Positions 38,787 through 48,949 of a DNA stretch of 64,000 bases are shown piece after piece. This stretch comes from Minisyncoccota bacterium (GTDB lineage Bacteria; Patescibacteriota; Microgenomatia; UBA1400; PJMF01): NCBI GenBank assembly GCA_009991965.1, contig JAACWQ010000006.1, forward strand, positions 7,174 to 71,173. The letters are read 5' to 3'. Made by a program: the position numbers and the translations under genes. The number at the start of each line of letters is the position of its first letter. Positions within the stretch are counted from its first letter, which is position 1. The notes beneath the pieces were generated by a model. The model did not search any database. It was not told where the DNA came from and saw only the letters and a list, made by a program, of their open reading frames with translations.

Positions 38787-39901
38787 AAATACTAACAACC
38801 GGTGGACATCTTACCCCTGCACTCGCATTCATCGACTATGTCTTGGGTCAATCTGATCCAGAATTTGTTTTTTTAGGCAGAAAGTTTTCTCAAATAGAAA
38901 ACCAACAACGCTCTCACGAAAGCCAAGCGATCGCCGAGCGAAAAATAAAATTTGTCCAATTTCAATCTGGCAAACTCTCCTATCACTCGCCACTGCAATT
39001 ATTTGCACAAACTTGGCAAGTATTACTTGGCTTTGTCAAAGCAACGCAAATTTTGAAAGCAGAAAAACCAGACGTAGTTGTGTTGTTTGGCGGCTATTTG
39101 GCAGTTCCCGTCGCAATTGCAAGTTGGTTAAAACGCATACCTGTTATCACGCATGAGCAGACTGCGGTAGCCAGCCTGAGCAACCAAATAATTGGCCTGT
39201 TTAGCAAAAAAATTGCCGTGTCTCACACTACAGCACTGACACAATTTCCGTTTAAAAAAGCAGTTTTTACCGGAAATTTACTGCGACAAAAGCTGGAGGA
39301 GAAAAACCCAACCACACCGAGCTGGTATAAATCAACAGAAAAACATCCATTGCTCTATGTAACAGGCGGCAATCAAGGTTCGCAGGTAATCAACGCGACA
39401 ATTACCCAAATTTTGCCACAGCTGACAAAAGATTGGGTAGTAATTCATCAGTGTGGAGCTCCAACCAAGCAAACAAATTACCGCCAACAGTTGCAGAATG
39501 AAATGTTGCGCCTCTCCCAACCGGCACAAAGTCGTTACTATGTGAAAGAGTGGATCACAGAAGAGGAATTGACCTGGATTTACAAACAAGCCAGCGCGGT
39601 TATCTCCAGAGCAGGTGCCAACACTACCTTCGAGCTGCAACACTTTGGTATTCCAACTATCTTCATTCCATTGCCATTTTCACACAAACAAGAACAGCTG
39701 AAAAACGCTGAACTTGCAGTAAAATCTGGTGGGTCAATCGTACTATCGCAAAAGCATCTCACGCCAGAAACACTCCTCGCTGCACTCAAAACACTTTCAC
39801 TCACTTTAGGATCTCGCAGGAAAAAAATGTTACTGCACGACGGCAATACACAGGGCACAAAAAAACTCTGGAAGCTTGTCAAATCCTACGCAACAAAATG
39901 A
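38783..39901 (+). CDS. murG: Undecaprenyl-PP-MurNAc-pentapeptide GlcNAc transferase
   Basis: TGGHLTPA, FGGY, HEQ, TGGNQGS, SRAGANT, EQLKNA. Confidence 0.93.
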   Translation: MKILTTGGHLTPALAFIDYVLGQSDPEFVFLGRKFSQIENQQRSHESQAIAERKIKFVQFQSGKLSYHSPLQLFAQTWQVLLGFVKATQILKAEKPDVVVLFGGYLAVPVAIASWLKRIPVITHEQTAVASLSNQIIGLFSKKIAVSHTTALTQFPFKKAVFTGNLLRQKLEEKNPTTPSWYKSTEKHPLLYVTGGNQGSQVINATITQILPQLTKDWVVIHQCGAPTKQTNYRQQLQNEMLRLSQPAQSRYYVKEWITEEELTWIYKQASAVISRAGANTTFELQHFGIPTIFIPLPFSHKQEQLKNAELAVKSGGSIVLSQKHLTPETLLAALKTLSLTLGSRRKKMLLHDGNTQGTKKLWKLVKSYATK

Positions 39902-40572
39902 AACGATATCTTACTGGATGGAGCGGTAGCTGGGTAGTTTTTTTAGTATTAATTGCTTGCTCGTATCTATTTCTACGTATCCAAACCATTGTGTGTCACA
40001 CTACGGCCGCATCGACCTGTCCAGACGAACAGCTGCTTGCAAAACTCAAGACAACGTCATTATTTTTTACTGACTTTACGCAGCATCCCATCATTGTTGC
40101 GTATGCAGCCGAACATAATTTAGAACTCGAACGATATGAGCTGCGATTGCCGCAAACACTCGTACTCTACTTTCAAAATAAACCACTTGCATACACCATA
40201 CAACTTGATTCTGGAGAATTATATGGTGTTTCTGAATCTGGAACTAGCGAGTTGCTCACCGCATCTGCGACAAATTCCGACGTGCTTCTAAAAGGAGCAT
40301 TCAACTTGTCGCCAGAACTGCACACATTCCTCCAAGCATTCGTTGCGAGAGATAAAACCCCGCTCCTCACAACCACACTGATTGCAAAGCCAGATTTTGT
40401 GGAGCTCAAGTCAACAGATGGGGTTCGAATATTTCTGCCTTATACAAACTCAAAAATGAAGATTGAACAATTGCAACAAATTCTCCAGTCACCAGCCGTC
40501 ACAGAACTTGATGAGCCACTACGAGAAATTGACCTGCGATTTGATCTACCACTACTACGCACTCAACAATAA
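39898..40572 (+). CDS. ftsQ: FtsQ/DivIB-like cell division protein
   Basis: N-terminal TM, 'LPQTL' POTRA end, C-terminal IDLRFD; between murG and ftsA. Confidence 0.7.
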   Translation: MKRYLTGWSGSWVVFLVLIACSYLFLRIQTIVCHTTAASTCPDEQLLAKLKTTSLFFTDFTQHPIIVAYAAEHNLELERYELRLPQTLVLYFQNKPLAYTIQLDSGELYGVSESGTSELLTASATNSDVLLKGAFNLSPELHTFLQAFVARDKTPLLTTTLIAKPDFVELKSTDGVRIFLPYTNSKMKIEQLQQILQSPAVTELDEPLREIDLRFDLPLLRTQQ

Positions 40573-40600
40573 TTTTGCTATGCTACTCGCACGCTACTAT

Positions 40601-41905
40601 ATGCCAACACACTCGATAGTTACCGCCATTGACCTTGGTACAGACAAATGTGCCACTCTGATCGCAACGATTGACGAAGGACAAAAGCTGCAAGTTCTCG
40701 GTGTCAGTGTCGTGTCATCTCGAGGAATGCGAAAAAGCCAAATCATCGATCTGGAGAAAGTTCTCGACACCATCACTCAAAGTCTTGATGGCGCCGAGCG
40801 GATGGCGGGGCTGGAAGTAAAATCAGCCTATGTTTCAGTTGGTGGCACGCACATTCAATCTCTCAACTCCAAGGGTGTTGTTGCCGTTGCCTCACCACAA
40901 CAAGAAATCACCAGATCAGATGTAGATCGGGTAACAGAAGCCGCACGAGCGGTGTCCCTGCCTTCAGATCGTCAAATCATTCATGTCATCCCAAATGCCT
41001 ACAAGGTCGACTCGCAAGAAGGTATTAAAGACCCAGTCGGCATGACTGGCGTGCGCCTTGAATCCGAGGCTCATATAATTACTGGGCTCAATACAACGCT
41101 TATTAATATAGAAAAGTGTTTGACGGATCTGGGATTACAAGTTGATGGTTTTGTTTTTTCTGGACTCGCAGCCGCCGATGTCACATTGACAGAAACGGAA
41201 AAAGAACTTGGCGTGGCACTAGTAGATATTGGCGCTGGTTCTACATCAATCTGTGCCTATCAAGAAGGTTCTCTGGTTTTTTCCGCCTCACTACCAGTTG
41301 GCGCTCGACACATCACGCAAGATATTGCCCTCGGTTGCAGGGTAAGTTTGGAAACAGCAGAAAAAATCAAGATCTCACTTTCAGACGAAGCGCTCGATGC
41401 TCAAAAGCCACTCCCTGGGGAGTCAAAAGAGGATTTTGGTTCAAGAAAAAAGAAACAAGATACGCTTCGGCTACAAGACTTTGGGCTCGTTGACGGCAGC
41501 GATGAAGTGCTCTCAAAAAAAGCTATTTCCGAAGGCATCATGATTCCACGCATGCAAGAAATTTTTTCACTCATAGAAAAAGCGTTGGATGACGCAGGCA
41601 TTCTCGATGAAATCCCAGCTGGCTTAGTTCTCACGGGTGGGGGAGCAAGCACGCAAGATATGGCTTCAGTTGGAAAGAAAGAACTGCGTGTTGCCGTACG
41701 GGTAGGAGAGCCAACTGTGTTAAGTGGCCTCACCAACGATATCCACAAACCTTCATTTGCAACTGCAATTGGTCTCCTTGAATTTGGTAAAAAGCTCGGC
41801 GGCAGTACACAAAAACGATCGTTCTCACTTAAAGGATTACCGAGCTTCAATCTCGGCGGTGTATTTTCATCAGTAAAACGACTGCTTTCTTCGCTCCTTC
41901 CGTAG
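40601..41905 (+). CDS. ftsA: Cell division protein FtsA
   Basis: AIDLGT, PVGMTGVRLE, VDIGAGST, ITQDIA, AEKIK, VLTGGG. Confidence 0.95.
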   Translation: MPTHSIVTAIDLGTDKCATLIATIDEGQKLQVLGVSVVSSRGMRKSQIIDLEKVLDTITQSLDGAERMAGLEVKSAYVSVGGTHIQSLNSKGVVAVASPQQEITRSDVDRVTEAARAVSLPSDRQIIHVIPNAYKVDSQEGIKDPVGMTGVRLESEAHIITGLNTTLINIEKCLTDLGLQVDGFVFSGLAAADVTLTETEKELGVALVDIGAGSTSICAYQEGSLVFSASLPVGARHITQDIALGCRVSLETAEKIKISLSDEALDAQKPLPGESKEDFGSRKKKQDTLRLQDFGLVDGSDEVLSKKAISEGIMIPRMQEIFSLIEKALDDAGILDEIPAGLVLTGGGASTQDMASVGKKELRVAVRVGEPTVLSGLTNDIHKPSFATAIGLLEFGKKLGGSTQKRSFSLKGLPSFNLGGVFSSVKRLLSSLLP

Positions 41906-41963
41906 GGTATACTAGGCCAGTTGATTCTCGGACTATAAATGATACACTGCGAGATATATCGAT

Positions 41964-43232
41964 ATGGCACTTGTTAAACCCTCAAATACTACCTTCGCAA
42001 AAATCAAAGTAATTGGCATCGGAGGCGGTGGCAGCAATGCAGTCAATTCGATGATTACATCCAAGCAAATTCAGGGTGTGGAGTTTATTGCAATCAACAC
42101 AGATGCACAGGCACTGCTCACTTCCCAGGCAGAAACAAAACTGCAAATCGGCTCAAACTTTACCAAAGGTCTCGGCTCCGGTGCAGACCCAGAAGTTGGC
42201 AAAACTGCAGCCGAAGAATCCTACGAAAAACTCAAGGATCTCCTCTACGATACAGACATGGTTTTTATCACTGCAGGTATGGGTGGCGGCACTGGTACTG
42301 GCGCATCGCCGATCGTAGCTGAAATTGCCAAACAATCGGGTGCACTCACGGTCGCAGTTGTCACCAAACCCTTTGCCTTCGAAGGCACTCGCCGCATGAC
42401 CTCCGCAGAAGAAGGTATTGGGCTGCTCAGAGACACGGTAGATACACTCATTGTGATTCCAAATCAACGTCTGATGGACGTGGTGGACAAAAAAATGACG
42501 TTGCTCGACGCATTCCGCTTAGCTGATAACGTGCTTGGACAGGGCGTACAAGGCATTTCTGACCTCATCACCGTACCTGGCCTCATCAACGTTGACTTTG
42601 CAGATGTCAAAACAATCATGACAGATTCTGGCTCAGCCCTCATGGGCATTGGAGAAGCCAGTGGCGAAAACCGCGCTTCTACTGCTGCTCGCATGGCTAT
42701 AGCGTCACCATTACTTGAGGTATCAATTGAAGGCGCGAGAGGCATTTTGTTTAACATCATCGGCGGTTCAGACATGACAATGACCGAAGTTTCTGACGCA
42801 TCTCAAATTATCTCAAACGCAGCAGACCCGCAAGCAAATGTTATTTTTGGAGCGACTATCGACGAAACAATGGGCAATAGCATAAAGATTAGTGTGATTG
42901 CAACGGGGTTTGACGAACGACAAATGGGTTTTGCAGGTTCCAAACGTCAAATGTTTGGCGCCTACAGCGGAGAATCTCAATCGAGAATGCCAAAGCAAAA
43001 AACAGAAGATGCGCCGCAAATCACAAAAATTGATCGAGCTCCAGACGGCTATACACAGCCACTCACAACGACACAGATTACCTCAAGCAGACCAAGCGAA
43101 AGTCCCTTCGTACAATCGGAAGATTTTGAACCAGAACAGCCAAGTCGTGTAAACAAAACACAGAGCGTCACCGCAGCAACAGAGTTTGAAGATGAGTTTG
43201 AAATTCCTGCGTTCTTGCGAAAAAAGCACTAG
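41964..43232 (+). CDS. ftsZ: Cell division protein FtsZ
   Basis: [16 protein letters not shown] tubulin signature, NVDFAD, C-terminal FEIPAFLR. Confidence 0.98.
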   Translation: MALVKPSNTTFAKIKVIGIGGGGSNAVNSMITSKQIQGVEFIAINTDAQALLTSQAETKLQIGSNFTKGLGSGADPEVGKTAAEESYEKLKDLLYDTDMVFITAGMGGGTGTGASPIVAEIAKQSGALTVAVVTKPFAFEGTRRMTSAEEGIGLLRDTVDTLIVIPNQRLMDVVDKKMTLLDAFRLADNVLGQGVQGISDLITVPGLINVDFADVKTIMTDSGSALMGIGEASGENRASTAARMAIASPLLEVSIEGARGILFNIIGGSDMTMTEVSDASQIISNAADPQANVIFGATIDETMGNSIKISVIATGFDERQMGFAGSKRQMFGAYSGESQSRMPKQKTEDAPQITKIDRAPDGYTQPLTTTQITSSRPSESPFVQSEDFEPEQPSRVNKTQSVTAATEFEDEFEIPAFLRKKH

Positions 43233-43270
43233 CCAATTAGCGAGCTTTCGCTGATAGACTAGAGTACAGC

Positions 43271-46087
43271 ATGTCAAAAACAGTTCAATCATTTCCCACC
43301 ACACTTGATCTCCCGCAACTAGAACGTTCGCAGTTGGAGTATTGGCGACAAAATAACACTTTTGAGAAAAGTGTTTCAAATCGTCCAAAAGATAAGCAAT
43401 ATGTGTTTTACGATGGACCACCATTTGCGACCGGCATGCCACACTACGGCCACCTACTCGGCTCAACAAGCAAGGATGTTTTTCCGCGTTACTGGACAAT
43501 GAAGGGTTACCGAGTCGAACGCGTCTGGGGCTGGGATTGTCACGGCCTGCCAATCGAAAATATGATCGAGAAAAAACTCGGCCTCACACACGGAAAAAAT
43601 GAAATTGAAGCATACGGTATCGATCGCTTTAATGCAGCTTGTCGCTCAGAAGTACTTCGCCTCGATGGCGAATGGAAAACAATCATCGAACGCCTCGGTC
43701 GCTGGGCAGATTTCGATAATAACTACAAAACAATGGACCGCACATACATGGAATCAGTTTGGTGGGGATTCAAACAACTATCCGAAAAAGGCCATATTTA
43801 TCAGGGTAAAAAGGTTATTCTGTATTGTTCTCGCTGCACAACCCCACTGTCCAATTTTGAAATTGCCATGGACAATAGTTACAGCACTGTCACAGATACT
43901 GCGACCACCTATAAATACAAAATTAGCGGCACAAAAAACCAGTACCTGCTCGCATGGTCAACCACGCCGTGGAACAAGTTGGCCACGCCAGCACTTGCTG
44001 TACACCCAACTCTTGAATATGTGACCGTACGACAAGGAGATGCAGAGTACATTCTGGCAAAAAGTCGTCTGGAAATGCTCGAGGATAAGCCATACGAAAT
44101 TGTTACTCAGCAGTTGGGCGCAGACCTCACGAAGCTCGAGTTTGAACCACACTTTGACTTTTATCCAAATCGTGAAAACGGCGAAAAATTTGGCGTCATA
44201 GTCGCAGATGAGTTTGTAACTGACAGTGAGGGTACCGGCATTGTAACCCTCGCTGCCTACGGCGAAGACGACTATCGCATCATGCAAGAACACTGTATTC
44301 AAGTGATTGAACACGTTGATGAACACGGAAAATTGAAGGCCGAGCTAGGTAGCTGGGTAGGGAAGTCTATCAATGAGGCCAACTCAGTTGTTGATGATGC
44401 ACTGCTCGAGCGAGGCTTAGTCTACAAACAGGAGGCTCATACACACAGTGTGGCTGAGTGCTATCGCTGTGGCACACGCCTCTACCATGCTCCGCTGCCA
44501 GCTTGGTTCGTCAATGTACAAAAACTTAAACCCGCCCTCAAAGATGCGAACGAACAAATGAATTGGTATCCAGAGCACCTGAAGCAAGGTCGTTTTGGTA
44601 ACGGACTTTCGACAGCACCCGATTGGAATATCTCTCGCTCTCGCTATTGGGGAACACCGCTCCCAATTTGGCGATCCGAAGATGGCAAAGAGCGAATTGT
44701 TGGCTCAATTGCAGAACTACAAGAGTGGGCATGTCAGCCAAACGAAGTGGTAAATCTGACCGATATTCATCGAGAAAGTATTGATGCTATCAAAGTATGG
44801 ATTGACGACGAAAAGACAATTGTTGGAACTAGAGTACCAGAAGTTTTTGACTGTTGGGTCGAGTCTGGCTCAATGCCATTTGCCTCACGCCACTATCCAT
44901 TCGAAAATGAAAAAGAATTTGAGAGCTCATATCCCGCTCAATTTGTTAGTGAATACATCGCACAAACAAGAGCCTGGTTCTATACCATGCACGTCTTGTC
45001 TGTCGGAATATTTGGCAAACCAGCGGTAGAGAATACCCTCACCACCGGCACTATTTTGGCAGAAGATGGCTCAAAAATGAGCAAGTCAAAAAATAACTTC
45101 CCAGATCCAATGCAAGTGATTGATACTTTTGGCGCCGATAGCTTACGTCTGTATCTCATGAGCTCACCCGTGATGAAGTCAGAAAATCTGAGTTTTAATG
45201 AAAAAGAAGTCTCAGATATTCGAAAGAAAGTATTTCTCATTTGGTACAACTGTATTTCGCTCTACAAACTCAATAATCCAAAAAATGAACCACTCAAGCA
45301 AGTAACCACAAAACCAAAAAATGTCCTTGATCGATGGATTTTGAGTAGAGTGCAAACATACATTGCGAGCACGACACGTGATATGGATGCGTACAACGTA
45401 GTCGATTCAGCTCGGGGCTTAATGCAGTTACTCAACGAAATTTCTACCTGGTATGTTCGTCGCAGTCGAGATCGATTGGCAGACTCAGAAAATACTGAAT
45501 CACTCGCTGTATATGGTACTGTCCTCTGGCAACTTGCTCTGCTGTTTGCGCCAATTACTCCATTCTTTGCTGAGTTTGTGCACCAACAAATATCTGACGA
45601 AAACTCAAGTATTCACTTACTTGATTGGCCAACACCAAACACCAAATTACTCGATACAAATCTAGAACAAGAAATGGCCGTTATCAGGAAAGTTGTAGAG
45701 CAGGCACACGCTGCTCGAGCCGCGGCAGGCATTAAAATTCGCCAACCACTTGGCACTATTGTGGTCTGGGACACGACAAAAAAGCCAAGTGAAGAGACGT
45801 TGGCTGTTCTCAAAGCTGAAACAAACATCAAAAATGTCACTTGGACACAAACAACAGAGCAACAACGTGTCGAGCTCGATACAAACCTAACACCAGAACT
45901 TGCGACTGAGGGCGCTGCTAGAGACCTGATGCGATCGATTCAAGTCTTGCGTAAAAAACAAGGTCTTTCCAGAGGTGAACACGCAACAGTCACAGTCAAG
46001 GAAATTCCAACTGGCTGGCAAGACGAGATTGAGAGAAAAACCGGCACAAACCTTACCATTGGGCCAGAACTCTCGCTCGTACTTTGA
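43271..46087 (+). CDS. ileS: Isoleucine--tRNA ligase, type 2
   Basis: DGPPFATGMPHYGH, GWDCHGLP, WSTTPW, DWNISRSRYWGTP, KMSKS; TGaTAGACT 10 nt before ATG. Confidence 0.95.
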   Translation: MSKTVQSFPTTLDLPQLERSQLEYWRQNNTFEKSVSNRPKDKQYVFYDGPPFATGMPHYGHLLGSTSKDVFPRYWTMKGYRVERVWGWDCHGLPIENMIEKKLGLTHGKNEIEAYGIDRFNAACRSEVLRLDGEWKTIIERLGRWADFDNNYKTMDRTYMESVWWGFKQLSEKGHIYQGKKVILYCSRCTTPLSNFEIAMDNSYSTVTDTATTYKYKISGTKNQYLLAWSTTPWNKLATPALAVHPTLEYVTVRQGDAEYILAKSRLEMLEDKPYEIVTQQLGADLTKLEFEPHFDFYPNRENGEKFGVIVADEFVTDSEGTGIVTLAAYGEDDYRIMQEHCIQVIEHVDEHGKLKAELGSWVGKSINEANSVVDDALLERGLVYKQEAHTHSVAECYRCGTRLYHAPLPAWFVNVQKLKPALKDANEQMNWYPEHLKQGRFGNGLSTAPDWNISRSRYWGTPLPIWRSEDGKERIVGSIAELQEWACQPNEVVNLTDIHRESIDAIKVWIDDEKTIVGTRVPEVFDCWVESGSMPFASRHYPFENEKEFESSYPAQFVSEYIAQTRAWFYTMHVLSVGIFGKPAVENTLTTGTILAEDGSKMSKSKNNFPDPMQVIDTFGADSLRLYLMSSPVMKSENLSFNEKEVSDIRKKVFLIWYNCISLYKLNNPKNEPLKQVTTKPKNVLDRWILSRVQTYIASTTRDMDAYNVVDSARGLMQLLNEISTWYVRRSRDRLADSENTESLAVYGTVLWQLALLFAPITPFFAEFVHQQISDENSSIHLLDWPTPNTKLLDTNLEQEMAVIRKVVEQAHAARAAAGIKIRQPLGTIVVWDTTKKPSEETLAVLKAETNIKNVTWTQTTEQQRVELDTNLTPELATEGAARDLMRSIQVLRKKQGLSRGEHATVTVKEIPTGWQDEIERKTGTNLTIGPELSLVL

Positions 46088-47145
46088 TGAAGCACCTTTT
46101 TCTACCAACTATACTTGGATGCTTTACAATTTTGAGCAGCACCACGCTATTTGGTCTTGATCCATCACTTGCCCTCCGACAGCTGCTCTATTTTTTGGTA
46201 GGATTCGGCGCTTTTTTTGGCATAAAAAGGTACTCTTTTGCAAAAATTCTCTCCCACGCCAACCTGTTCTATTACGCCACCATCACACTCCTCGTTGTTG
46301 TGCTGCTTTTCTCTTCTGAAGTAAGAAATACAAATCGATGGATCTCACTGGGATTCTTCAATCTCCAACCGTCTCAATTTGCTATACCATCACTCGTCCT
46401 GATGCTCTCGGGTATAACCAAGAAAAAAACATCACTACGAATACTAACGAGCATGGCAATTATCACCCTAGTACCTGCGGTGCTCATTTTTCTACAACCA
46501 AATCTCAGCATGACGCTGCTTATCTTGTGTACAGCTGGTGCAGCTTTTTGGCTCCAACCAATCCCTCTAAAAGCATATTTGTTTGGGGGTGTTGTCTGCA
46601 TTCTGCTTACAGCTGTAAGTTGGGCATTTCTTTTGCAACCGTACCAAAAGAGCCGAGTAGAAAGCTTCTTGCAACCGAGCCAAGAAATGTCAGCCGCTAC
46701 CTACAACGTAGAACAATCAAAAATAGCCGTTGGCTCAGGCAGATTATTTGGCAGAGGCATGCAACACGGTACGCAATCACAACTACAATTTTTGCCAGAA
46801 AAAGAAACTGATTTTATTTTTGCATCGTTTTCAGAAGAGTTTGGCCTGATTGGTTCGATAACGTTACTCGGTCTGTACCTCAGTTTACTTATATATGTAC
46901 TCAATTTGCTGCAAAAAACTGCTACAACAACAAGCAAAACTTTTTTGGTCAGTGTCTTCGTGCTTTTGCTTGCACAGGTGAGTATAAACATCGGTATGAA
47001 TTTGGGGTTACTGCCCGTTACAGGCGTCGCGCTGCCACTGTTATCTTATGGCGGAAGCTCGCTGCTCAGCACCTGTCTTATTTTTGGAGTGATCCAAAGC
47101 ATTGCAATCGAGACGGGGAACCGCTCGCACCTTCAAATTGAGTGA
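46084..47145 (+). CDS. rodA: SEDS protein RodA
   Basis: RWI, QPSQ, QPNL, YNVEQSKIAVGSG, FLPEKETDFIF, PVTGVALPLLSYGGSS. Confidence 0.88.
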   Translation: MMKHLFLPTILGCFTILSSTTLFGLDPSLALRQLLYFLVGFGAFFGIKRYSFAKILSHANLFYYATITLLVVVLLFSSEVRNTNRWISLGFFNLQPSQFAIPSLVLMLSGITKKKTSLRILTSMAIITLVPAVLIFLQPNLSMTLLILCTAGAAFWLQPIPLKAYLFGGVVCILLTAVSWAFLLQPYQKSRVESFLQPSQEMSAATYNVEQSKIAVGSGRLFGRGMQHGTQSQLQFLPEKETDFIFASFSEEFGLIGSITLLGLYLSLLIYVLNLLQKTATTTSKTFLVSVFVLLLAQVSINIGMNLGLLPVTGVALPLLSYGGSSLLSTCLIFGVIQSIAIETGNRSHLQIE

Positions 47146-47150
47146 AATCA

Positions 47151-47159
47151 TGGTATACT
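47151..47159 (+). promoter_or_regulatory. Extended -10 TGgTATACT 9 nt before rplU ATG
   Basis: Read directly. Confidence 0.6.
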
Positions 47160-47168
47160 ACCGACCTT

Positions 47169-47504
47169 ATGACAAACCCAAGTTCACTCTTCGCAGTTAT
47201 TCAGTTGGCCGGAAAACAATTTCTGGTTGAAGAAGGCATGAGTCTCATCGTTCCTCGACTCAAAACAGAAGAGGGTGAGAAGTTTGTCATTCCAGACGTT
47301 CTCTTGGTCCAAAACGACAAAGCTTGTAGCGTCGGAGCTCCAACTGTTGTTGGCGCAAGCGTCACCGCAGTCCTCGACAAGCAGCAACGAGCACCAAAAA
47401 TCCGCGTTGCAACCTACAAATCTAAATCCAGACAGCGCAGAGTGCTTGGCCATCGCCAGCCAGAGTCCGTTATCACTATCGAGAAAATTTCTCTAAAAAA
47501 GTAA
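47169..47504 (+). CDS. rplU: 50S ribosomal protein L21
   Basis: FAVIQLAGKQFLV, GAPTV, GHRQ. Confidence 0.95.
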   Translation: MTNPSSLFAVIQLAGKQFLVEEGMSLIVPRLKTEEGEKFVIPDVLLVQNDKACSVGAPTVVGASVTAVLDKQQRAPKIRVATYKSKSRQRRVLGHRQPESVITIEKISLKK

Positions 47505-47509
47505 ACTGC

Positions 47510-48640
47510 ATGCACACCTACTTCTTTCAGCTTGGCACTACCAGCAAGCTTTCTTTTGCCGAACTTGTCAGTGTAGTCGATGAGCAATCACTCGAGAAGA
47601 TTACTGATCAAATCATCAGCCTAGAAACAAAAGATGATCTAGACGTTCAAGAATTACAAAATCGCCTTGGTGGTTGTGTAAAAATACTCCAAAGTCTCAC
47701 TGTACTTCTTGCGGTAACTCCTAGAGATATTGCTGAAGCCATAGCCGTACATGCCGCCGAAGGTCGTATCAACTTTGCATTTGGAGAATTTAACCGCGGT
47801 GAAGAAGACAAAATCGATGCTGGAGAAATCAAAAAAGAATTAGTGCTACTTGGCAGATCAGCCCGTTTTGTCGATGGCAATCGATCTGGAATTTCTGCAG
47901 CAGTGCTACTGCACCAACACAAAGTGCAAGAATTTATTGTTGTAACAACTCCGTCGTCTTCTTACCTAACCCGCACCGTGGCAGTCCAAAATATTGATGA
48001 CTGGACAGTCAGAGATCGAAAAAAACCATACGCTGACAGAAAAAAGGGTATGCTGCCACCAAAAGTCGCTCGAATGCTACTGAACATCAACCGATCATTT
48101 GACGAATCAGAAAAAAGAGTAGTACTCGACCCATTTTGTGGTTCTGGCAACATATTACTCGAAAACGCTGTGCTCGATGATGCAGGAGTAGGAATTGATC
48201 TCGACAAAAATTCTGTGACCGGAACTATAGATAATCTCAGGTGGTTTAGTGAAACATACCAAAAACCACACAATCAGCAGGTACATCTTGGCGACGCTAC
48301 CCACGTTCCAGAGCAAGTTTCACACATCATTACAGCTATCGTAACAGAACCATTTTTGGGCAGACCAAAACCAAAACCGGAGCAAGTTCCGGACATCTTT
48401 CGGGGACTTGAAAAATTATATTTGGGCGCTTTCAAAAACTGGAAAACATTTTTGCCAAACGGAGCACCGGTCACCATTGTTTTTCCACACACCACGGTCA
48501 AAGACGTCGAGTTCAACATGGACCACTTGATTGACAAACTTTTGCCTCTCGGATACACTACTGTATCTGGTCCGCTGAAATACAGCAGACCTGACGCAAT
48601 TGTCAGTCGTTCAATTTATACGTTTATACTGAAAAAATAA
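47510..48640 (+). CDS. SAM-dependent methyltransferase, Trm11/TrmG10-like
   Basis: [34 protein letters not shown]. Confidence 0.75.
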   Translation: MHTYFFQLGTTSKLSFAELVSVVDEQSLEKITDQIISLETKDDLDVQELQNRLGGCVKILQSLTVLLAVTPRDIAEAIAVHAAEGRINFAFGEFNRGEEDKIDAGEIKKELVLLGRSARFVDGNRSGISAAVLLHQHKVQEFIVVTTPSSSYLTRTVAVQNIDDWTVRDRKKPYADRKKGMLPPKVARMLLNINRSFDESEKRVVLDPFCGSGNILLENAVLDDAGVGIDLDKNSVTGTIDNLRWFSETYQKPHNQQVHLGDATHVPEQVSHIITAIVTEPFLGRPKPKPEQVPDIFRGLEKLYLGAFKNWKTFLPNGAPVTIVFPHTTVKDVEFNMDHLIDKLLPLGYTTVSGPLKYSRPDAIVSRSIYTFILKK

Positions 48641-48641
48641 T

Positions 48642-48899
48642 ATGTCACATGTCAAAGCCTCGGGCGCAGTCGCCCAACACAAACAAGGAAATCGCCACGG
48701 CAAACGCTTGGGTGTCAAAAAGTTTGGTGGAGAAAAAGTTCAAATTGGCTCAATCATCATCAGACAACGCGGTGCTACCTACAAAGCTGGTAAGCACGTC
48801 GGACTGGGACGAGACTACACAATCTTTGCGCTCAAAGACGGAGTAGTAGAATTTGGAAAGCAACATTCATCCACAGTCGTCAACGTTCTTCCTGAGTAA
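48642..48899 (+). CDS. rpmA: 50S ribosomal protein L27
   Basis: [26 protein letters not shown]. Confidence 0.97.
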   Translation: MSHVKASGAVAQHKQGNRHGKRLGVKKFGGEKVQIGSIIIRQRGATYKAGKHVGLGRDYTIFALKDGVVEFGKQHSSTVVNVLPE

Positions 48900-48949
48900 C
48901 CAAAGTCCCACTCCCCGTTGAGTGCCAGATGTGATATACCTTTGCTATT

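Noticed and set aside
43239-43252. Hairpin AGCGA-gctt-TCGCT after ftsZ as a terminator
   Set aside because: Only a 5-bp stem, no U tract, and it overlaps the ileS promoter
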